Origin: Promethearchaeota archaeon
Lineage (GTDB): Archaea > Asgardarchaeota > Thorarchaeia > Thorarchaeales > Thorarchaeaceae
Assembly (NCBI GenBank): GCA_048939765.1
Contig: JBHLPF010000024.1
Span: 13,776 to 57,345 of the forward strand
Direction of reading: 5' to 3'
DNA length: 43,570 nucleotides
Position numbers and translations under genes: made by a program. The notes under the pieces were generated by a model. The model worked only from the letters and a program-made list of their open reading frames with translations. It was not told the DNA's origin and did no database searches. Below, one piece after another: positions 1 through 9,627 of this stretch. How positions within the stretch are numbered: position 1 is the first letter of the stretch; each line of letters opens with the position of its first letter.

Positions 1-120
1 CTTCTTCGTGACCTTCTTCTTCGGCTTAGCCTCTTCCTCAGCCTTCTTCTTCGTGACCTTCTTCTTCGGCTTGGCCTCTTCCTCAGCCTTCTTCTTCGTG
101 ACCTTCTTCTTCGGCTTGGC
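1..120. repeat. 45-bp coding tandem repeat (AKPKKKVTKKKAEEE), at least 2.7 copies
   Basis: cttcttcgtgaccttcttcttcggctt recurs at 1, 46 and 91. Confidence 0.95.
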
Positions 121-672
121 CTTTGGCTCGGGAGCTGATTCGGCCTCGGGCTGAGGCGGAATCTCAGCAGGCTCCGCTAGTGGCTCCACAATAACTTCAG
201 GAAGCTTGGCTTTTGATTTCTCCTCCTTCTTCTCTCCTGCCTCTCTTCTCTGCCGTGCTAACCTGCTAGGTTTCATAACGCTGCCTGCTTCTGATGCTGC
301 AATGAGTTCTGCATCCATCTCCTCAGTGATGACTGCAGCTTTTGGTACAGAAGAAGCAACTTCTTCCAGAGCATCTGCTATCATTATTGGCGCTTCAGAC
401 TCTCGCTTCTCCAATTCCGCAGGCGTAGTGTAGACCTCGAGGCCGCCCTCACGAATGTACGGAATAAGAACACCTTCCGATTCTTTCTGCCGGAGGATCT
501 GTCGTGCGACACTCATTCTAACGCCAAATCGGTTGGCAAGGTCGTACTGGGTGACTGAGCGAGCCTTCTGAAGATACTCATCTATATTCGCCGCCACATC
601 TGGCTTCAGAATAGCATCTCTGACAACTCTCTCTGTCTTTGCAGCTGTCTTGCCCCATTTTTTTCGACTGAT
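1..672 (-). CDS. rps25e: 30S ribosomal protein eS25 (S25e) with a long C-terminal low-complexity extension; runs off the window edge
   Basis: Absent from the ORF track. Manual translation gives SRKKWGKTAAKTERVVRDAILKPDVAANIDEYLQKARSVTQYDLANRFGVRMSVARQILRQKESEGVLIPYIREGGLEVYT, which matches the eS25 KKW motif and winged-helix core. There is no in-frame ATG/GTG/TTG between the upstream stop and KKW. ATC (672) or ATT (678) follows an AGGAG ribosome-binding site. Confidence 0.85.
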   Translation of the reverse strand, partial: MSRKKWGKTAAKTERVVRDAILKPDVAANIDEYLQKARSVTQYDLANRFGVRMSVARQILRQKESEGVLIPYIREGGLEVYTTPAELEKRESEAPIMIADALEEVASSVPKAAVITEEMDAELIAASEAGSVMKPSRLARQRREAGEKKEEKSKAKLPEVIVEPLAEPAEIPPQPEAESAPEPKAKPKKKVTKKKAEEEAKPKKKVTKKKAEEEAKPKKKVTKK

Positions 673-801
673 AGGAATTACTCTCCTTTCAACTGTTGAG
701 GAGTCACGCGAAGGTTTTGGGTTCGACTTTTAAAGGTGCTCATTGCTCCACCCCTGCAGAGCTCCATAAGTGCTCCTGATAGCTAAATCGCTGGGATTAA
801 G

Positions 802-1464
802 GTGCCAGTACAATCGAATGACATTGGAGAGCTGGGGCGCAGACTCGTATTCCATGCATACCCCGAACTAGCAGGCAGGAACATTGAGGTAAGTACTGGC
901 AATCTGAGATCCTACGGCCTGGTAAGATGGAGCGACGCTGGTAGAATTAGCATCACATGCCATCAAGATGCTTTGTATTGGCCTGAACCTGCGATAATCG
1001 GATTACTGGCTCATGAGATCAGCCATCCTGCAAAGGGAAAGGATTCCTCTGAAGAAACAACTGACTTGGATGTCATCGACCGGGGTCTAGGTCACTACCT
1101 TGCAACAGAACGCGCATATGTCAATATGTATGAGGATTATACAGTCAGGCGACGCAAGGACCGCTACTTAGGATTTCAAAGCATTAGGAAACTACTCAAT
1201 GACCATGAAATAGTAATGCTAGAACAGATCCTAGAGGATTTTAGGATTATACCTTCGAAAAAGACGACGAGGTTCGGGCTCATTCACGATACGGCAATTC
1301 ATGATGGTGTCGAACACTCGACCCTGATGATTGAAGGACAAGCAATTAGAGTAAAAGGAGTCCGGGCAGGCGCCGACTTGAAATTGCTCTTCCGTGACAG
1401 AGTTCTCTACGTATATGCAGATGACGAAGTCGTTGTCAAAGTTCCATGGCACTCGCGAGAGTAA
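802..1464 (+). CDS. Hypothetical protein with a zincin-like HExxH motif (putative metallopeptidase)
   Basis: GLLAHEISHP followed by EETTDLDVIDRGLG; divergent from rps25e. Confidence 0.6.
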   Translation: MPVQSNDIGELGRRLVFHAYPELAGRNIEVSTGNLRSYGLVRWSDAGRISITCHQDALYWPEPAIIGLLAHEISHPAKGKDSSEETTDLDVIDRGLGHYLATERAYVNMYEDYTVRRRKDRYLGFQSIRKLLNDHEIVMLEQILEDFRIIPSKKTTRFGLIHDTAIHDGVEHSTLMIEGQAIRVKGVRAGADLKLLFRDRVLYVYADDEVVVKVPWHSRE

Positions 1465-1472
1465 GATGGCTT

Positions 1473-2750
1473 TCACTTCTTTTGCTTTATCGTGATTTTC
1501 TGTTCTACACTCACATCACTATTTGGCGGGATGTCTTGATCAATGACACATCCCGGAGCAATTGTGCTTGCGTCCCCAATGCGTTTGCCAGGCATAACTG
1601 ATGCATTGACCCCTATGACGACATCGTCACCAATGATTGCACCAAGTTTCTTGATTGGGACCTCAACCTCTTCATCACCAAACTGTAACTTGATTGATTT
1701 GCCGCCTGGCCTCCAATTCCACATCTGAGCTCCTGCCTCGATGCACGAGTTTCTGCCAATAATAGAATCTGCCACAAAGGTGAGTCTTCCAACCATCACA
1801 TTGTCGAAGACCATCGAGTTCCTCATTTCGACAGCATATCCAAGATGAACACCTTGACACAAACTGGAGTAATCCCGCACAAGCGAATTATTGCCCACGT
1901 AGACGTCCTTGCCTATGTATACCGGACCTCGAATTGTTGCCCCAGGTCTAATGATGCTACCCTCATCAATAAAGACGGGCCCCTCCAAAACGACGTTCTT
2001 GTGTATCTCAGCAGATTCTGCAATGAAACTGCCCTTACCTTTCAATTCTCTATCCATTACAATTCGGTTGGCATTGAGAATATCCCAAGGCCATGTGAAT
2101 TCTGCCCATTCCTTTTCCCAAACAACTGCATTAACAGTCCTGCCATTCTCAATGAGCTTCTCAACGGTGTGTTCCATAGTCTTATGTTTCTCTAAGAGTG
2201 ATATCACATCTGCCTTGAGGACAGAAACCCCAGCAACCGCATAGTTGCTCACATATCTATCCGGGCCACCTTTCTCAACTAGCTTCTCAACAGCTCCATG
2301 TTTTCCCATCCTCACTGTTCCAAATTGCTGAGGATTTGAAACGAGCGTCACAAGCATAGTGATGTCGGAACTCGCGGAACTATGATTAGATAGAGTGCGT
2401 TCAACCATCTCGGATTCAACAAGTACATCTCCATTCACTAGGAGAAATTCCTCTTCGCCTTCAATTTCATCTTTTGCTTGGAGAATTGCATGTTCCACAC
2501 CTTTTTGCTCGTGCTGAATGACATATCGAATTCTGACTCCTTGATCGCCGCCCATCTGGAAGTGATCGATTAGCTGCTCGCGACCATGTCCTACGACAAT
2601 CACAATATCGCGTATGTCATTATCCTTCAGGCTGTCGATGATGTATTGAAGAACAGGCCTTCCTGATATCATGAGCATTGCCTTGGACCTGCTCAAGGTG
2701 AGAGGTCGCAGTCTGAGCCCTTTGCCAGCTGTCAGAACGAGTGCTTTCAT
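1473..2750 (-). CDS. Bifunctional sugar-1-phosphate nucleotidylyltransferase/acetyltransferase (archaeal GlmU-like)
   Basis: Starts MKALVLTAGKGLRLRPLT, contains VNGDVL, and ends in hexapeptide repeats (IGDDVVIGVNASVMPGKRIG). Start moved to the ATG at 2750. Confidence 0.9.
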   Translation of the reverse strand: MKALVLTAGKGLRLRPLTLSRSKAMLMISGRPVLQYIIDSLKDNDIRDIVIVVGHGREQLIDHFQMGGDQGVRIRYVIQHEQKGVEHAILQAKDEIEGEEEFLLVNGDVLVESEMVERTLSNHSSASSDITMLVTLVSNPQQFGTVRMGKHGAVEKLVEKGGPDRYVSNYAVAGVSVLKADVISLLEKHKTMEHTVEKLIENGRTVNAVVWEKEWAEFTWPWDILNANRIVMDRELKGKGSFIAESAEIHKNVVLEGPVFIDEGSIIRPGATIRGPVYIGKDVYVGNNSLVRDYSSLCQGVHLGYAVEMRNSMVFDNVMVGRLTFVADSIIGRNSCIEAGAQMWNWRPGGKSIKLQFGDEEVEVPIKKLGAIIGDDVVIGVNASVMPGKRIGDASTIAPGCVIDQDIPPNSDVSVEQKITIKQKK

Positions 2751-2805
2751 GTATACAACCACATCCCTTGATGATGCAACTTGGCATAAAACTGTTGGTT
2801 GGTAG

Positions 2806-3540
2806 CTATGCTTGTGGAGGTTCAAGGGAGAAGTATATCCTCTGTTTCCCCGCACCGATATTCTTGCTTTTTCCAATCTTGATGGTGCCTATCTCACGAG
2901 TATTTGCAATATGAGTTCCGGCACAGGAAGCAGCATCATAATCTCCGATGATGAGAACCCTGAAGTCAGTAACGTTCTCCGGAACCATTTCGAGATAGCG
3001 AGTCTGATATCCGCGCTCGTTGAGAAATGCGATGGCTTCGGCGCGGGGCATCATTTTGGTTTCAACATCCATTTCCCTGGCAAAAAGGGCATTGACTCCC
3101 GTTTCCACTTCACGCTTCATAGCATCATCAAAGGAATGCAGAGGTGTGAAGTCAGCTCTGCTCCGTCCAGGTTTTATCATGTTTCCGACCGTAGTGAGGT
3201 CATATTCCAGTTGCAGATATCGAGAGAGAAGATGTTGTGCAGTATGAAAACGCATACACTCGTATCTGAAGTCCCAATCTAGCTTGCCATGGACTTTGGT
3301 ACCAACTTCCAATGGAATGGGATCTTTGATGTAATGGCGGATTTCGCCTTCAGCCTTCCTGACCTCGTATATTATCAGGGATGTGCCTTCAAAGGAAAGA
3401 CTTCCACGATCACTGCTTTGCCCTCCTCCTAGATAATAGAACGCAGTCTGATCTAGCACAAGATAATCTTCTCCGACCTTCTGGATGGCCGCATCGAATT
3501 CCCGCAGATAGTTATCTCTCATGTATAATAGATCAGTCAT
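2806..3540 (-). CDS. alaX: Alanyl-tRNA editing protein AlaX (AlaX-M type)
   Basis: LYMRDNYLREFDA, LDQTAFY..GGGQ, HTAQH and CAGTH zinc ligands; ATG at 3540. Confidence 0.92.
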   Translation of the reverse strand: MTDLLYMRDNYLREFDAAIQKVGEDYLVLDQTAFYYLGGGQSSDRGSLSFEGTSLIIYEVRKAEGEIRHYIKDPIPLEVGTKVHGKLDWDFRYECMRFHTAQHLLSRYLQLEYDLTTVGNMIKPGRSRADFTPLHSFDDAMKREVETGVNALFAREMDVETKMMPRAEAIAFLNERGYQTRYLEMVPENVTDFRVLIIGDYDAASCAGTHIANTREIGTIKIGKSKNIGAGKQRIYFSLEPPQA

Positions 3541-3550
3541 TGGAATAGCC

Positions 3551-4078
3551 TCAAGTCCCACTTGACTTCCTAATCCTATTCCATTCTTCCACAGCAAGAT
3601 CCTGCGCTTTCTTGATTTCTTCAGGGGTAAGATCAATGTCCGGAGTGCCTGCAGCGGCGTCTATAATATTCCGAACGTCCTCCTCGGTTTCCTCCTCCTT
3701 GAGTCCAGCAGAGATTGCCGAGGCAATGTCATTAGCAATGCCTCGTTCAGCTAGAAAGCGGGCAAGCGGAGTGTATGAAACAGGGATATATCCAGTTTCG
3801 GTGGAGGGCTGAAGTCCTACCAATCTCATTTCACTCTCGAATATCTCTGTGACTATAGTTTCTCGTGATTTCACCTCAGGAACTTTCACAGTGCGCTCTT
3901 TTTCTACGTCTCCAATCATCCTCTGGATTTTCCCTACAGCAGGAGACCTAGATGGACCGCCTCTTCGCCTTACAGCGAATATTACTACAGCTAGAATGAT
4001 GAAAAACAGTACAAGCAACTGGAACATCGGGTCCATTACCAGTTCAATCAATTGGTTGAGAATTGCATCAATTTGCAT
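3551..4078 (-). CDS. Hypothetical membrane-anchored protein with one N-terminal TM helix
   Basis: FQLLVLFFIILAVVIFAV followed by RRR; sits 10 bp upstream of alaX on the same strand. Confidence 0.7.
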   Translation of the reverse strand: MQIDAILNQLIELVMDPMFQLLVLFFIILAVVIFAVRRRGGPSRSPAVGKIQRMIGDVEKERTVKVPEVKSRETIVTEIFESEMRLVGLQPSTETGYIPVSYTPLARFLAERGIANDIASAISAGLKEEETEEDVRNIIDAAAGTPDIDLTPEEIKKAQDLAVEEWNRIRKSSGT

Positions 4079-4169
4079 GAATAGACGTCCCACCTAGGCA
4101 AGTGGCTATCTAAAGGGCTCCACTGCCAAAGGTTAACTTTAAGGTTTCTCCTATGCAAGATGACCAACA

Positions 4170-5303
4170 TCAGGTCTTAGAAAAATGCCGTGCGATTTCT
4201 AAATAGACGTCAACAGACTGGGCTAATTGTTCAATGTCTATGAATTCATCAGGTTGATGTGCCTGTTCAATTGAACCGGGTCCACATATTACATTAGTGA
4301 TACCTGTCTTAGGTTGAAGAACGGAGCAGTCTGTCCCAAATGTGGCAGCGGTAGGACTTGGCTCAATTCCAGTTATACGTCTGACTGCATCGATGCTGAC
4401 TGAAGCAATTTCTGAATCAATAGGCGTGATAGTTGCAGATGCTCCATGGACAGTTTCTACTCTCACATGGTCTGATAGACCAGCCTTTACGAGTCGCTTG
4501 TTCATATCATCGAGGAGGCTTTCAGGAGTCTGACCTTTGACAATTCGCATATCTAAAAACGCTTCACAGGTATCGGGGACCACATTCACCTTAACGCCCC
4601 CCTGTATGAGGCCCACGCCTATCGTCTGAGTTCCCAGAAGAAAATCGGGTTCATAGTCGTACTCAGCCCCTGTAAGGACCTCGAGTGCTTGAATACATAG
4701 CTCAATAGCATTGATTCCTTCCTCCGGCCGCGAGCCATGGGCTGCCCTTCCTTCTGAGATAATGCGTGACCAAAAAATCCCCTTTTCTCCCACAAGAACA
4801 TTGAGAGAAGTTGGTTCCGCACAAACGCCATATTGAACCCCATTCAAAAGGCCGCTCTTTGCAACATCTTCAGCACCTGTGAAGCCGCTCTCCTCACCTG
4901 AGGTTGCAAGCATCAGGAGAGGGGTCAAGTGCCTTTCGTTACTATATTGGATCATTGTTTCAGCAAGGGCTGCCACTGGTCCCTTCATGTCTGCAGCACC
5001 CCTTCCGAAGAGCAGACCATAAACTATCTCCCCTCCAAATGGGTCATGCGTCCAGGAGTTTCTGGGACCAACTGGAACCGTATCCATATGCCCATGAATC
5101 ACGAGAGGACCGATTTCATCCTCTATAGTTGAGAACAGTAGATTGGGCCGCGCTCTAGGCCCGATGGAAACACAGGAGATGCCGTGGTCTTCCATATGCG
5201 TTTGAAGAATACTGGCAACTTCTGCTTCACTGCCAGGAGGATTTTCAGAGTTGATAGTGACTAGATCTTGTGCTAATGATACTAGCCTGCTTCTGTCAGT
5301 CAT
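4170..5303 (-). CDS. M20 family ArgE/DapE-like deacylase
   Basis: HGHMDTVP, GRGAADMKG, GEE, AEPT, GRAAHGS, KVNVVPD, AHQPDE. Confidence 0.92.
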   Translation of the reverse strand: MTDRSRLVSLAQDLVTINSENPPGSEAEVASILQTHMEDHGISCVSIGPRARPNLLFSTIEDEIGPLVIHGHMDTVPVGPRNSWTHDPFGGEIVYGLLFGRGAADMKGPVAALAETMIQYSNERHLTPLLMLATSGEESGFTGAEDVAKSGLLNGVQYGVCAEPTSLNVLVGEKGIFWSRIISEGRAAHGSRPEEGINAIELCIQALEVLTGAEYDYEPDFLLGTQTIGVGLIQGGVKVNVVPDTCEAFLDMRIVKGQTPESLLDDMNKRLVKAGLSDHVRVETVHGASATITPIDSEIASVSIDAVRRITGIEPSPTAATFGTDCSVLQPKTGITNVICGPGSIEQAHQPDEFIDIEQLAQSVDVYLEIARHFSKT

Positions 5304-5391
5304 ATAACGACCTGCATTGAGCAATACTGTCTAGGCTAAGAAGATTCCTAGCAATAGGAAAGTAGCTTCTCACGATTTCAAATGGGGCACT

Positions 5392-8300
5392 TCATCTTGT
5401 ACTTTGTATAAACGACCTTTGGTTCTCCTGCTTCTTTTCCCACTTTTTGCGTTCTGAACGAAGTTGGAAAAGCTGTACATCCTTGTAGATTAGACCTTCC
5501 TTCCTCGGTGGTATACTTCTTTCGACACGTTCCTTTTCAGGAGTGTAAATGAGCGAAGCTCCGAACTCAGCAATATTCGCAAAGAAACAATAGGCGTAGA
5601 TGGATCTTCGAGCATCAAAGTGGGCTGCCTTGAAGTCTGCTGTAACCGGGGTGAATGCTGGATTGAACACTAGATCCACTGGAGGCTCAAAGTTCTTTAG
5701 CTCCACCCTCAGGTCCATGTCCAGAAAGTCTCGACATATAACAATTACAATCCTTCCAAACTCTGTGTCGCAAACGAACGTTTTCCTCGGGAATGTTCCG
5801 GTTCCTATTTCCTCAGTGAACCTTTCGCCCTTATAGTGAATAGTAGCCGGAATATGCTTCTCCTGGTTCCAAAGGATTCCCCCTGGTCCAATGACCACAC
5901 TTAGGTTCTGCTTTGCTTCATCATCATGGTACGAGCCCGGAATAATGTACATGCTATAGTCCTTGGCTAGGCGGGTTATGTCTTCTAGTAATTCGTTGTA
6001 GTTGAGGTCGATGGTCATTTCCGGGAAGAGTAGGATGTTAACACCTTCTCTGTGAGCGAATTCTATCATGCTTCTCACACTAGATTTTACTGCTTCGACT
6101 TTGTCATGCCGAAGACCTAGAAGGCCATTAGCCTTTATCTCATAGAATTCGTTTAGGATGTCCTTAGTGTTGGAAACTCCTATCTGGGCGATGCCAACCC
6201 TGTACTCCATTCTCTGAACACTTGTGTCATCTTTGAGTAGGTTCCTGTAGATGAGCTCGTATTTTCTTTGACTCGTTTCCTCTCTGACCATCGTTGCTCT
6301 TTCGGTGAATTGACGAACTTCACCTATTCTTGGAGAGAGGCTGGTTTCCACAGGACAGGAAGGGGCGACAATGCCCAATGTGCTTCTGGAGATTGATGGT
6401 TCTGTTATGGTGTCTGAGGCTGAAACTAGAATACGCTCTTCCTTTTCCACCATGTCTAGGTGTCCCAGAATCTCTTTCTCTTTTTCTTTGTGACCCGATT
6501 TGCTGAAGAGCTCAGCTGCTGATTTCAGATACTTAGTCGCGATTCTGAGGAGTTTCTTCCTTCTGTCAATATCCAACTCCTCGTCTGTTCTGATTAAGTG
6601 CCATGCCACATCGAAATAGGTAGATGTTGCTAGAGCCCAGTCAGCTCCGCTATTGTAACCGCCTTTCCGATAAGAAGAGGCTGCTTTTCTAAGCATCTTC
6701 TTGATCTTAGGGTAGAGTGGTGCTTTGACATCTGTTTCAGTTGACTCGTCAAATTTGCATCCGTGTTCTAAAGCCTTACAAAAGGCTGAGTTGCCTGTAG
6801 CTAGTAGTTTCAGCTTGGTATCAGTGAAGAGCTTGCTGGCTTTGGTAAACAAGCTTGCTGCTTCTGCGAACTTGTCTGCATCATCGTAGTTCTCTGCAAG
6901 CTCCATGCTTTCCCAGGCTCTACAGAGGTTGTATACAGCTTCTAATTCCATACGTTCCGCCTTGATTCTGAATTGAGTGAGAACTTCCTTGAACTCAGAA
7001 GCCGCTGAGGCAAATCTCTCTGCAGCTGCCAGGTGTTCACCTTGCTTTCCTAGAATTCTTGCTCTTTCAATATCTGCCCTACCAGAGCAGTAGTTCATTC
7101 TCACTTTGGCGACTTTCTTGAGTTTCTCGATTCTTTCTCTTTCCCATCTCTTTTCCAAAGAAGTGGAGGTTTCTTCTAGTGATATTATCGCGTTATCAAA
7201 TCTCTTTCTGGTTGTTTCATAACTTTCTAAAGCCTGCTCATGATCTTCCTGTTTACTGAGTTGTTCAGCTTCTTCTTGGAGAGCCCAAGCAGAGAAGTAT
7301 GATGCTTCGTAATCATAGCTTGGCAGTTCTTTCAGAATATCGCAAGCTTTCTCATAGTTTTCTTTGGCTTTTTGGTAATCTGACATCCTGTGATAGGCCT
7401 TAGCCTTCTCAATCATGTTCCATGCACAAGCGTAGTTTATTTTCTCTTCCACTCTCTCTCTCAAGGGTTTGAAGTCAATGGTTTTCAATGACTCTGAATG
7501 AGCCTCCTGAGCTCTTTCGTAGTGTTCAGCCGAGGCAAAATGGTTGCCGAGTCGATCTTCGATATGTGCAGTATATTCGTGACCAGCAGCTGCATAGAAA
7601 TGGTATCCTCTCTCATTACTCTCCTTGATTACTCCTAGGAATGTTTCTTTTGCCTTTCTAAGCGGGTCGACCTTTGTCGTCAATTTGCCAAGCTCTTCAT
7701 AGAGAAGTCCTAGCCGCACTTGGGCCGCTACGATGCCGGTACGGCTTTCCACAGCATGTTGATTGTACTTTCTGGAGGCATCTATAGCAGCTGATAGATG
7801 TTTGATTCTTTCTTGCTCGTTTTCTGCAAGGTCTGCGAGAGTCTTGTAGGCTCCGTAGGTAGAAGAATACCCTGCAGCTCGAGCCCATCCTCCATCGTAT
7901 TCTTCCCCGATTTTTTCACCTTGTCGGGCATATTGAAGCATTTTCTGGACGTGTTGATTCCGCTCATCTTTTGTATTAGCAAGAGTAGCTAGCAGTGAAT
8001 GTGCCCATGTTAACGCCTGAAATTGCCAGGCAGAAGCTGGTCTGAAGGTAAACTTCTTCAATCCCTCCAATACATATTCAATTGCCTTCTCAGCAAAAGA
8101 TCTCCTTTGTGCAGTAGTGAAGAAACTCGCCCGAGTGGCCATGTTCGCATAGCAGAAAGCAGGCACAACTTTTCCAGCATGATACCAAATGCTGTTTGAT
8201 TTCGCATATATTCTTACAATCTCTTCCATAAGCCGGATGTCTTCGAATGTTTGTTTCTGGAGGTACTCGTGTCTTCCTGTAGATAGGGCGTTCCAGTTCA

Positions 8301-9222
8301 ACCACCATAACGAAGATAATATCAGAATTTTATTATTCGCTCTCTTTGCGAAGACTACAGCCTTTTTCCCTAACTGAAATCCTTTCTCGGTGTATTCTCT
8401 CTGCTCTCTTTCATCTTTAATGAAATGAAATCCAAAAAAGTAGTATACGGCGCCGGCCGCAAGGTGAACCATACTAATGAGTAGAGGATTATCACAATCC
8501 TCGATAGCCTTTATACTTTCATCACACCTCAATAGAAATTTCCTGTTGTATTCCTTCCAATTCTCATCCCATGTATAAGGTGCAAAGATCATATGAGTCC
8601 AACATAGCCATAATTCAGCATATAATGATTCAACAAGAGATTGTACATTACCAACCTCCTTTGAAAGACCCCAAGAATCTCCAGCTATGGTTATGCCATC
8701 CTGAGATAACTGCTCAATCTCTCGCTTGTCACTACATTGAGTAACTAGGTGGAATGAAACCAGTGCAGCACGACTCAGAGTCCGCGCTTGACCCTCTTGA
8801 TCATTCTCCTTGAAAAAGAACTCACTTGATTTAATGAAGTGGTCATGAGATTTGCTAAGCGCCTTCCTGCTTTCCACATTGGACTCAGCTACAAACCCTT
8901 TGAAGAAGAAGACTTCTCCAAGGCATTCCAATTCCTCCTGCTTATTACCTGTCTGGCTATAGAGAGTGGCAGCTTTTCTATAGGCATGAATAGCATTTCT
9001 GGTATGGTGTATGTTTTCCGCTGCAGTTTCAACTGTATCTGCCAACTGTGCATGAACATATCCAAGCTTCATGTATGCCCCCGCGGCGCCCTTCACATCT
9101 TTCTTGTCTAAATAGGACTCTGCCGCCTGCTTGTAAACCTCCACCATTTGTATCCATTTGTAACCTGTCTTCTCAACGCTCTCCCCTGCAGATAGATCCT
9201 CGCTTTCTTCCTTCTTCATCAT
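5392..9222 (-). CDS. 1276-aa helical-repeat (TPR/SNAP-like) protein with a C-terminal carbon-nitrogen hydrolase (nitrilase) domain
   Basis: About 950 aa of Ala/Tyr/Glu/Lys-rich TPR-like helices. The C-terminal domain has RVGIAQ, ILLFPEM, IIPGSY, QEKHIP, ICRDF and FANIA, giving an intact Glu-Lys-Cys triad. Confidence 0.8.
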   Translation of the reverse strand: MMKKEESEDLSAGESVEKTGYKWIQMVEVYKQAAESYLDKKDVKGAAGAYMKLGYVHAQLADTVETAAENIHHTRNAIHAYRKAATLYSQTGNKQEELECLGEVFFFKGFVAESNVESRKALSKSHDHFIKSSEFFFKENDQEGQARTLSRAALVSFHLVTQCSDKREIEQLSQDGITIAGDSWGLSKEVGNVQSLVESLYAELWLCWTHMIFAPYTWDENWKEYNRKFLLRCDESIKAIEDCDNPLLISMVHLAAGAVYYFFGFHFIKDEREQREYTEKGFQLGKKAVVFAKRANNKILILSSLWWLNWNALSTGRHEYLQKQTFEDIRLMEEIVRIYAKSNSIWYHAGKVVPAFCYANMATRASFFTTAQRRSFAEKAIEYVLEGLKKFTFRPASAWQFQALTWAHSLLATLANTKDERNQHVQKMLQYARQGEKIGEEYDGGWARAAGYSSTYGAYKTLADLAENEQERIKHLSAAIDASRKYNQHAVESRTGIVAAQVRLGLLYEELGKLTTKVDPLRKAKETFLGVIKESNERGYHFYAAAGHEYTAHIEDRLGNHFASAEHYERAQEAHSESLKTIDFKPLRERVEEKINYACAWNMIEKAKAYHRMSDYQKAKENYEKACDILKELPSYDYEASYFSAWALQEEAEQLSKQEDHEQALESYETTRKRFDNAIISLEETSTSLEKRWERERIEKLKKVAKVRMNYCSGRADIERARILGKQGEHLAAAERFASAASEFKEVLTQFRIKAERMELEAVYNLCRAWESMELAENYDDADKFAEAASLFTKASKLFTDTKLKLLATGNSAFCKALEHGCKFDESTETDVKAPLYPKIKKMLRKAASSYRKGGYNSGADWALATSTYFDVAWHLIRTDEELDIDRRKKLLRIATKYLKSAAELFSKSGHKEKEKEILGHLDMVEKEERILVSASDTITEPSISRSTLGIVAPSCPVETSLSPRIGEVRQFTERATMVREETSQRKYELIYRNLLKDDTSVQRMEYRVGIAQIGVSNTKDILNEFYEIKANGLLGLRHDKVEAVKSSVRSMIEFAHREGVNILLFPEMTIDLNYNELLEDITRLAKDYSMYIIPGSYHDDEAKQNLSVVIGPGGILWNQEKHIPATIHYKGERFTEEIGTGTFPRKTFVCDTEFGRIVIVICRDFLDMDLRVELKNFEPPVDLVFNPAFTPVTADFKAAHFDARRSIYAYCFFANIAEFGASLIYTPEKERVERSIPPRKEGLIYKDVQLFQLRSERKKWEKKQENQRSFIQSTR

Positions 9223-9627
9223 CTTTCGAACCTTACATACTCGTCTGGAAGAATGTAAGAAATGCGGTAGGTCTGCGTTATTCTATCTCCATTCCTACCT
9301 GTGGAATCGTTAATAGTCTAATAATATGAAATGAGGTTTTAAGACTTGGCTTCTTTTTTGCGATAGTTGTGAGGTAGGATGGACTTTTACCCTACTATTA
9401 TGATGACTATTCGGATACTGTCTATTTTTGAGATTCTTATGCTTTGGATGCATTCGGTGTTTCCTGAGCAAGACATATCAGCATAGGAGCGGTTAAACCT
9501 GGAGTGAGCAGGTCAATGAGGCGGTTACCCCTGTCTGAGCTATCGCGATGACGACCCAAGAGCATGCTGAGATCTGCCACTCACTCTGAGAGAAGAAGTG
9601 TGGGCTGAGACCGAGTATCGGCTGGTT

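Noticed and set aside
1-120. Repeat as a possible CRISPR array
   Set aside because: It is a contiguous in-frame 45-bp coding repeat with no unique spacers and no cas genes nearby.
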